This document shows, piece by piece, positions 56,925 through 64,000 of a stretch of DNA of 64,000 nt. The first letter of the stretch is position 1; the number at the start of each line of letters is the position of its first letter. The DNA is taken from NCBI GenBank assembly GCA_041750655.1, contig JBGSYZ010000017.1, positions 4,142 through 68,141 on the forward strand, written 5' to 3'. Made by a program: the position numbers and the translations under genes. The notes beneath the pieces were generated by a model. It was given only the letters and a program-made list of their open reading frames with translations, was not told where the DNA came from and did not search any database. Source of the stretch: Minisyncoccia bacterium. Its GTDB lineage: Bacteria > Patescibacteriota > Minisyncoccia > Phycocordibacterales > UBA918.

Positions 56925-59900
56925 ATGTCAAAAACAAACCGCGACGAACATACTTCAGTTGGTATGTTGCCGAAGAAGACGTGGAGTCGATACAAAAAGC
57001 CGCTGGTAGACCTACCAGACTTAATCGAACCACAACGCGAATCATTTAAATGGTTTGTGGAAGAGGGTCTTCAAACTATTTTTAAAGAATTCTCACCAAT
57101 CACTGACTACTCAGAGAAGAAGTTTGAGATGAAGTTCAAAAAATATGAACTATCTCCACCAAAAACTACTCCTGAGTTTGCTAAAGAAAATAAGCTCACG
57201 TACGAGGCTTCACTACGCGCTAGTGTTGAGCTCAACAACCTAACCTTCGGCGGCAAAAAAGAACAAGAAATTTTCTTGGCTGACATCCCAGTGATGACCG
57301 ATAACGGTACCTTCATCATCAATGGTGTGGAGCGTATTATTGTGCCGCAGCTCGCTCGTTCGTACGGTATCTTCTTTACTTCCCAAGAACTAAAAGGCAA
57401 GACGTACTTTGGTGCCAAAATCATTCCAGCTCGCGGAGCGTGGGTAGAAATTGAGTCTGAAGCAGACGGTGTTATCTACGTAAAGATTGATCGCAAGCGC
57501 AAATTCCCAATGTCCTCTCTCTTACGTGTCTTTGGTGTAGAAACTGAAAAAGACATGCTTAAGCTTTTCAAAGACGTACCACACGCCGAAAAGCACATCA
57601 TTGCCACCCTTGAAAAAGACCCAGCCAAAACCACTGATGAATCGTACATCGAAATCTACAAGCGACTTCGAGATGGTGATTTGGCGACTGTCGATAACGC
57701 GAAAGAATTCGTTAACTCTATTTTTGCCCCAGAACGATACGACCTTTCTGAAATCGGTCGTCATCATTTTAACGAGCGATTTGACCTCGGTACTAAGAAG
57801 AAAGATACTGATATTCGAACGGTCGGTCTCAGTGACCTGAAACTTATTTTCTCAACCATTCTTGAGAAAAACTACGAACCAGGCGCAGTAGCCGATGATA
57901 TTGACCACCTTGGTTTTCGTCGCATTCGTTACTTTGGTGAAATGGCTATTCAACGAGTGCGAGTTGGTATGACTCGCATGAAGCGAAACATTCAGGACCG
58001 CATGAGTACTATTGAGGCCGAGACTTCGTTGCCGATGCAACTGCTTAACCCACGACCACTCCAAGCGGCTATCAAAGAATTTTTCACCACCAACCAGCTG
58101 TCACAATTTGCTCCCCAACAAAACAACCTGTACGAGCTCGAACAACTTCGGACAGTGTCAGCGCTCGGTCCCGGTGGTCTTACTCGTGAACGAGCTGGTT
58201 TTGAAGTACGTGACGTGCACACTTCTCACTACGGACGTCTGTGTCCAATCCACACTCCAGAAGGACCAAACATTGGTTTGATTCTTCGTTTGGCTATGTA
58301 CGCTCGCGTGAACCGTTTTGGTATCATCGAAACTCCGTACGTAAAGGTAGAAAAGGGAGTGCTAACAGGTGAAATTGTGTACTTTAACGCTCATGAAGAA
58401 GAGAAGCACAACATTGCTCACGGGGCGACACCGGTAGATGATAAAGGAAAAATCACGGTTGATTTTGTTGAAGTACGACGAGCAGGTAATCCACGCTCAA
58501 TTCCAAAGAAGGACGTTGAGTACATGGACATTGCTACCAACCAAGCGTTCTCAGTGGCGACATCAATGATTCCTTTCCTTAACCACGATGACGCTAACCG
58601 AGCGCTCATGGGTAGTAACATGCAGAAGCAGGCTACTCCCTGCATTGTGCCAGACGCTCCACTAGTAGGAACTGGAATTGAAGAAATGGCGGCTCGTGAT
58701 ACGGGACGAATTATCTTTGCTAAAGAAGCCTGTGAAGTACTAGAAGCTGACGCTAAGAAGGTGGTGGTAAAGAACAAGGATGGCAAGAAACACACTTACA
58801 ACTTGGTAACCTACCAACGCACCAACGACTTTTCAGCGTTCTATCACCGCTGTTCTGTGTCTGTGGGACAAAAGCTAAAGCGTGGCGATCTTATCGCTGA
58901 CTCTAGTTCAACCGACAATGGTCAGATAGCGGTGGGTCAAAACGCTCGCGTAGCTTTCATGAGTTGGAACGGTGCTAACTACGAAGACGCTATTATCATT
59001 TCTGAAAAATTGGTTAAGCAAAGCAAGTTTGCAACGATTCACATGGATGAGCTGGATGTGTCAGTGCGTGATACTAAGTTAGGTCCAGAAGTAACCACTC
59101 CAGATATTCCAAACGTATCAGAACTCAAACTCCGAAACCTCGACGAAAACGGAATCATTCGCATCGGCGCTGAAGTGCGACCAGGTGACATCTTGGTTGG
59201 TAAAGTAACTCCAAAAGGTGAGACCCAACTGACGCCAGAAGAGCGACTGCTCCGTTCCATCTTTGGTGAAAAAGCGAAAGACGTTAAAGATACATCATTG
59301 CGTCTTGAAGCGGGGAAACGCGGTCGGGTGATTGGGGTAAAAATCTTTTCTCGAGAAAACGGCGACAATTTAGATAGCGGTGTTATCAAGAAGATTCACA
59401 TTACCGTGGCTCAAGTACGTAACGTGTCAGTCGGAGACAAACTCGCTGGTCGTCACGGTAACAAGGGTGTTATCTCGCGTATTCTTCCGGAAGAAGACAT
59501 GCCGTACGATGCCGATGGCAAGCCGGTTGATGTAATTCTTACTCCACTGGGTGTACCGTCTCGTATGAACTTGGGACAGATTCTTGAGCTTCACCTTGGC
59601 ATGGCTGCCAACACACTTGGTTATCAAGCGATTGTGCCACCATTTGCGGGAGCGACAGAAGATGAAGTTAAAGATGAATTGGAGGCGGCTGGATTACAGC
59701 GCGACGGCAAGATGTGGCTACGAGATGGTCGTACAGGTGAAACCTTTGCTCAGCAAGTAGCGGTGGGATACATGTACATTCTTAAGCTTCACCACATGGT
59801 GGAAGACAAGATTCACATGCGTTCAATTGGACCGTACTCGCTTATTACCCAGCAGCCACTTGGTGGTAAGGCTCAAGTCGGAGGACAGCGTTTCGGGGAA

Positions 59901-60125
59901 ATGGAAGTGTGGGCTCTCCTTGGATATGGAGCAGCCTATACACTTCGTGAAATGCTCACCATAAAGTCTGACGATATTGTTGGACGAAGTGCTGCTTTCG
60001 ACGCTATTGTGCGCGGTGAAAGAATTCAACACCCACACACACCGGCTGCCTTCAACGTTCTTCTGAATCAACTTCGAGGTCTTTCTTTGGACGTCAAACT
60101 CGATATTAACGACGACATTATTTAA
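56925..60125 (+). CDS. rpoB: DNA-directed RNA polymerase beta subunit. The start is taken at ATG 'MSKTNRDE'. The ORF is open from TTG 56907.
   Basis: Conserved rpoB blocks are present throughout (e.g. 'GRHGNKGVISRILP', 'NMQKQA', 'GGQRFGEMEVWAL'). Confidence 0.9.
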   Translation: MSKTNRDEHTSVGMLPKKTWSRYKKPLVDLPDLIEPQRESFKWFVEEGLQTIFKEFSPITDYSEKKFEMKFKKYELSPPKTTPEFAKENKLTYEASLRASVELNNLTFGGKKEQEIFLADIPVMTDNGTFIINGVERIIVPQLARSYGIFFTSQELKGKTYFGAKIIPARGAWVEIESEADGVIYVKIDRKRKFPMSSLLRVFGVETEKDMLKLFKDVPHAEKHIIATLEKDPAKTTDESYIEIYKRLRDGDLATVDNAKEFVNSIFAPERYDLSEIGRHHFNERFDLGTKKKDTDIRTVGLSDLKLIFSTILEKNYEPGAVADDIDHLGFRRIRYFGEMAIQRVRVGMTRMKRNIQDRMSTIEAETSLPMQLLNPRPLQAAIKEFFTTNQLSQFAPQQNNLYELEQLRTVSALGPGGLTRERAGFEVRDVHTSHYGRLCPIHTPEGPNIGLILRLAMYARVNRFGIIETPYVKVEKGVLTGEIVYFNAHEEEKHNIAHGATPVDDKGKITVDFVEVRRAGNPRSIPKKDVEYMDIATNQAFSVATSMIPFLNHDDANRALMGSNMQKQATPCIVPDAPLVGTGIEEMAARDTGRIIFAKEACEVLEADAKKVVVKNKDGKKHTYNLVTYQRTNDFSAFYHRCSVSVGQKLKRGDLIADSSSTDNGQIAVGQNARVAFMSWNGANYEDAIIISEKLVKQSKFATIHMDELDVSVRDTKLGPEVTTPDIPNVSELKLRNLDENGIIRIGAEVRPGDILVGKVTPKGETQLTPEERLLRSIFGEKAKDVKDTSLRLEAGKRGRVIGVKIFSRENGDNLDSGVIKKIHITVAQVRNVSVGDKLAGRHGNKGVISRILPEEDMPYDADGKPVDVILTPLGVPSRMNLGQILELHLGMAANTLGYQAIVPPFAGATEDEVKDELEAAGLQRDGKMWLRDGRTGETFAQQVAVGYMYILKLHHMVEDKIHMRSIGPYSLITQQPLGGKAQVGGQRFGEMEVWALLGYGAAYTLREMLTIKSDDIVGRSAAFDAIVRGERIQHPHTPAAFNVLLNQLRGLSLDVKLDINDDII

Positions 60126-60148
60126 TAGCCAGCTAATAAAAAACTACT

Positions 60149-63100
60149 ATGAAACCAAGAACAAATCGAGGTAACTCATTCAATCAAGTCAGTTTAAAGC
60201 TGGCTTCACCAGACACAATTCTAGAGTGGTCAAAAGGAGAAGTGACCAAGCCAGAAACTATTAACTACCGAACCCAGCGTCCTGAAAAGCACGGTCTGTT
60301 CGATGAGCGCATTTTTGGACCGGTAGAAGACTACGAGTGTTCATGTAAGAAATATCGTGGTATTCGCTATAAAGGTATCGAGTGTGAAAAATGTGGTGTA
60401 GAAGTCACTCGCTCAATTGTTCGTCGCGAACGGATGGGACACATTGAACTGTGTGTGCCAGTGTCTCACATCTGGTTCCTTCGTGGTGTGCCAAGTCGAA
60501 TCGCCTTGATTCTCGGTATTTCGGCAGCGGACATTGAAAAAGTAATCTACTTCGCAGGCTACATCGTGACTAAAGTGTCAGAGCAAGAACGAGCTCGTCT
60601 TTTGTCTGAACTCGATACCGAATATAAAAACAAATATAAAGAGCTACAAAACGATGACGCCAAGGAAGAACTTAAGAGTCGAATGACTGAAATGAAGCAG
60701 GAGATTGATAGCGTTCGTGAAGGAAAGGTGCTTGACGAAACTACGTTCCACAAATTCTCAGTTCGATACAGTACTCTTTTTGAAGCCAAAATTGGTGCTG
60801 AATCTGTGTATGAAATGTTCAAGAACGTTGACCTACACAAACTTCTCGAACGTTTAGAGACTGAGCGAGAAACTGCTGGTGCAGCTGAACGACTAAAACT
60901 TGATAAGAGATTGTCACTAGTACGCGGTATGTTGCACTCTGGGGTTCGTCCAGAATGGATGTTCCTGACTCGCCTGCCGGTAATTCCACCAGCCCTTCGC
61001 CCGATGGTAGCGTTGGAAGGTGGACGACATGCATCATCAGACCTCAACGACCTATATCGCCGCGTCATCAACCGAAATAATCGTCTGAAGAAATTAATTG
61101 ATATCATGGCGCCTGACGTTATTCTTCGTAACGAAAAACGTATTCTACAAGAAGCGGTGGATGCCCTTATTGACAACTCAATCCGTCACGGTAACACCGC
61201 GTACTCAGCGATGAGTCAGGCCCAACGACGACCATTAAAGTCTCTGTCTGACTACCTTAAAAGCAAGCAGGGTTACTTCCGACAAAACTTGCTTGGTAAG
61301 CGAGTAGACTATTCCGGACGTTCAGTGATTGTGATTGGACCAGAACTTGATCTCGATCAATGTGGTCTACCAAAACACATGGCACTGGAGCTTTTCCGAC
61401 CATTTGTGATTGCCCAACTCTTGAAGCAAGAATTAGCATACAACATTCGTGGGGCAGGACGTCTTATTGAAGATGGTGTACCAGAAGTATGGGCAATTCT
61501 TGAAGATGTGATTCGTCACAAGTACGTACTCCTTAACCGTGCACCGACTTTGCACCGACAAGGTATACAAGCGTTTCGTCCGGTATTGATTGAAGGTAAT
61601 GCTATTCAAGTACACCCGTTAGTATGTACAGCGTTCAACGCTGACTTCGACGGTGACCAGATGGCAGTACACGTACCTCTGTCTCCAGAAGCACAGCTTG
61701 AAGCGAAGGAAATTATTTCGGCTAACCGAAACATTCTTAAGCCGGGGTCTGGTCAACCGGTGGTGTCAGAAGGTCTTAAAGACATGGCCCTCGGAGCTTA
61801 CTGGATGACCACGCTTATTGATGGTGCTCCAGGCGAAGGTAAATACTTTAGTTCACCAAACGACGCTATCAATGCCTATGATTATGGGGTAATTGATTTC
61901 CGCGCCAAAATTAAAGTATTAGCTACTGACACTGATAAATATGCCCAGTATGAAGGTCAGGTATTTGAAACTTCAGTCGGACGACTGCTTTTCAACTCAG
62001 TATTACCGAGTGATCATGACTATGTAAACAAACAACTTGGTCAAAGTGAGTTGTTTGCTATCATCATGGACCTTATTGATCAACAAGGTACTGATGTGGT
62101 TCCAACTATCGTAAACAAGATTAAAAAGAATGGTTTCAAGTACGCTACAGTTTCTGGTACTACCTGGGGAATTGATGATGTTGTAGTTCCAAAAGAGAAA
62201 CAAGGAATTGTTGAAAAAGCTCGCGGCGAAGAACGAACTATCTTTGAACACTATGACGAAGGTTTGTTATCACGTGATGAGCGACGAAGAATGGTGGTTG
62301 AAATTTGGCACCATGCCAAGACAGACCTCGAGGAAGTTATTCCAGATACAATGGATAAAAATGGTTCTGCCTACAACCTCTGGAAGTCTGGTGCTCGTGG
62401 TTCGATGCGACAGATTTCGCAGATGGTGGGTATGAAAGGTTTGATTGTTAACACTCGTGGTGAAACGATTGAATTCCCAGTCTTGTCTTCGATGAAGGAA
62501 GGTATGAGCCCGATTGAGTATTTCATTACTACTCACGGTTCTCGTAAAGGTCTCGCGGACACCGCACTCCAAACCGCGAAGGCTGGGTACCTTACACGTC
62601 GTCTCTTCGTAGTAGCGCAAGACGCGATTGTGACCGAAGAAGATTGTAAGACTAAAAACTTCATTACTATCGGGCGAGTTTCGGCATCCGGTATTGAAAT
62701 TGCGTTCTCTAAGGCACTTAAGGGTCGAGTGTTAGCTACTGCTATTGATGACGAAAAAAGTGGTCTTACATTCAAGAAAGGTCACATGCTTTCTCGTCTG
62801 GATGCTATTGCTATCGAGGAATCTGAAATTCCATCAGTGGACGTACGCTCACCAATGACGTGTGAGACATTACGTGGGGTTTGTCAGCACTGCTACGGTG
62901 TAGACCTTACTACTAACTCAATTGTAGATATTGGTGAAGCTGTTGGTACTGTGGCCGCTCAGGCGATTGGTGAGCCGGGTACTCAGCTCACAATGAACAC
63001 TAAGCACGCCGGAGGTACTTCACAGGTTGGTGGTGACGTAACGACTGGTTTGCCGCGCGTAGAAGAAGTATTTGAAAAACGAATTCCAAAGATTCCTGCT

Positions 63101-63808
63101 ATCGTTAACAAATGTGATGGTATAGTGACCTCAATCCGGACTGAAGGTAAAGAAAAGGTAATTGTGGTGACTCCAGAAGCTGGCGCTGCGCACGCACCTA
63201 AGAAAGGCGACAACATTGAGTACCCAGTTAACTTCCGTCGGGTAGTGAAAGTGTCAGAAGGAGAGTCAGTCAAAGGCGGACAACTTCTTACTGACGGTTC
63301 TGCTAACCTACTTGAGCTTTTCAAGTTCGGCGGCAAGGAGGTGACCCAAGATTACATCATTACTGAAACTAACAAGATTTATGAACTCCAGGGTGTAACG
63401 ATTGCTCGTAAACACATTGAGTTAATTGTGAAGCAAATGATGAGTCGCGTCCGTATCACTACTAGTGGCGATACTCACTTTACAGTCGGAGACGTAGTAG
63501 AAGAGTGGATCTTGGCAGAAGCTAACGAAAAAGCCAAAGCTAATGGCGGTGAAGTGGCTAAAGGTGACCGTATCATTATGGGTATCACAGAATGTTCACT
63601 CACTCGAAAGAGCTTCCTGTCAGCTGCATCCTTCCAGAACACCACTCGGGTTCTGATTAACGCTGCTGTAAAGGGTAGTGAAGATAGCCTCGCTGGTCTG
63701 ATGGAAAATGTTATTATTGGACGCTTGATCCCAGCGGGGACAGGATTTGCTGGTAGCAACAAACAAGCTATGATTGCAGCAATAGCCCCCAAAGAAGACT
63801 CAGAATAA
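60149..63808 (+). CDS. rpoC: DNA-directed RNA polymerase beta' subunit
   Basis: The zinc-finger region is 'CSCKKYRG...CEKCGVEV' and the catalytic motif is '[16 protein letters not shown]'. A terminator follows at 63883-63911. Confidence 0.9.
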   Translation: MKPRTNRGNSFNQVSLKLASPDTILEWSKGEVTKPETINYRTQRPEKHGLFDERIFGPVEDYECSCKKYRGIRYKGIECEKCGVEVTRSIVRRERMGHIELCVPVSHIWFLRGVPSRIALILGISAADIEKVIYFAGYIVTKVSEQERARLLSELDTEYKNKYKELQNDDAKEELKSRMTEMKQEIDSVREGKVLDETTFHKFSVRYSTLFEAKIGAESVYEMFKNVDLHKLLERLETERETAGAAERLKLDKRLSLVRGMLHSGVRPEWMFLTRLPVIPPALRPMVALEGGRHASSDLNDLYRRVINRNNRLKKLIDIMAPDVILRNEKRILQEAVDALIDNSIRHGNTAYSAMSQAQRRPLKSLSDYLKSKQGYFRQNLLGKRVDYSGRSVIVIGPELDLDQCGLPKHMALELFRPFVIAQLLKQELAYNIRGAGRLIEDGVPEVWAILEDVIRHKYVLLNRAPTLHRQGIQAFRPVLIEGNAIQVHPLVCTAFNADFDGDQMAVHVPLSPEAQLEAKEIISANRNILKPGSGQPVVSEGLKDMALGAYWMTTLIDGAPGEGKYFSSPNDAINAYDYGVIDFRAKIKVLATDTDKYAQYEGQVFETSVGRLLFNSVLPSDHDYVNKQLGQSELFAIIMDLIDQQGTDVVPTIVNKIKKNGFKYATVSGTTWGIDDVVVPKEKQGIVEKARGEERTIFEHYDEGLLSRDERRRMVVEIWHHAKTDLEEVIPDTMDKNGSAYNLWKSGARGSMRQISQMVGMKGLIVNTRGETIEFPVLSSMKEGMSPIEYFITTHGSRKGLADTALQTAKAGYLTRRLFVVAQDAIVTEEDCKTKNFITIGRVSASGIEIAFSKALKGRVLATAIDDEKSGLTFKKGHMLSRLDAIAIEESEIPSVDVRSPMTCETLRGVCQHCYGVDLTTNSIVDIGEAVGTVAAQAIGEPGTQLTMNTKHAGGTSQVGGDVTTGLPRVEEVFEKRIPKIPAIVNKCDGIVTSIRTEGKEKVIVVTPEAGAAHAPKKGDNIEYPVNFRRVVKVSEGESVKGGQLLTDGSANLLELFKFGGKEVTQDYIITETNKIYELQGVTIARKHIELIVKQMMSRVRITTSGDTHFTVGDVVEEWILAEANEKAKANGGEVAKGDRIIMGITECSLTRKSFLSAASFQNTTRVLINAAVKGSEDSLAGLMENVIIGRLIPAGTGFAGSNKQAMIAAIAPKEDSE

Positions 63809-63882
63809 AGAAATGTTTAGCTAATCCTATCTGCCTTCCTTGCATCTAGAATCACTTTAAAATTTCTTGCAGAGATAAAAAG

Positions 63883-63911
63883 AAAAACCGCACCTTTTGG
63901 GTGCGGTTTTT
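63883..63911 (+). terminator. Intrinsic terminator after rpoC
   Basis: 'AAAAACCGCACCttttgGGTGCGGTTTTT'. Confidence 0.8.
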
Positions 63912-64000
63912 CATATCCGTGTATTGGATTTTAGAAATATTCTTTTGTTTTTTACCCAAACACCTAATACCAAACCTAGTTCGGTCGTAATGATGCAAGG

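Overview
This 64 kb window is a compact, gene-dense bacterial segment with standard translation. UGA is used as a stop codon (gap and rpiB both end in TGA). Small-genome signatures suggest a CPR/Patescibacteria-like (Saccharibacteria-style) organism, though lineage is inference only. These signatures are split transketolase, short PheS, short SMC, class II aldolase, type-IV-pilin-like genes, a sortase, giant Thr/Ser-rich surface proteins, and AT-rich intergenic DNA with canonical TTGACA/TATAAT promoters.

Housekeeping content:
- Central carbon metabolism operon: gap-rpiB-[pilin][pilin]-rpe-tkt(N)-tkt(C), then pfkB(-) and fba.
- Ribosomal and translation genes: rplY, rpmE, prfA, rpsB, tsf, tRNA-Thr, pheST, thrS, rpmF, rpsP-KH-nudix-trmD.
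- Replication and transcription: gyrB, dnaE, rnhB, rnc, smc, rnr, rpoBC.

Accessory and unusual content:
- 1..6102: a truncated giant surface protein (more than 2015 aa) with DUF2341/LamG-like and propeller-like repeats.
- 19.1-20.0 kb: a non-coding tract after a tRNA-like fragment plus tRNA-Thr. It holds two roughly 130-nt tandem repeats and a roughly 370-nt highly structured terminator-ended RNA, upstream of a processive GT2 (QxxRW) and a PEGA protein.
- 28.4-36.2 kb: a cell-surface island with an orphan gene, a CARDB protein, a sortase with a textbook promoter, and three GC-rich lipoprotein/secreted genes. It also encodes a 1125-aa Ig/DUF11 protein whose sorting-signal-like 'VPYTG'+TM+KEQ is internal, followed by a 280-aa tail.
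- An apparent NusB-Nudix fusion.
- A nested inverted-repeat leader upstream of thrS.
- Two GC-anomalous micro-ORFs with their own terminators.
- A structured RNA between rnr and rpsP.

No rRNA, CRISPR, transposase, integrase or reverse transcriptase is visible.
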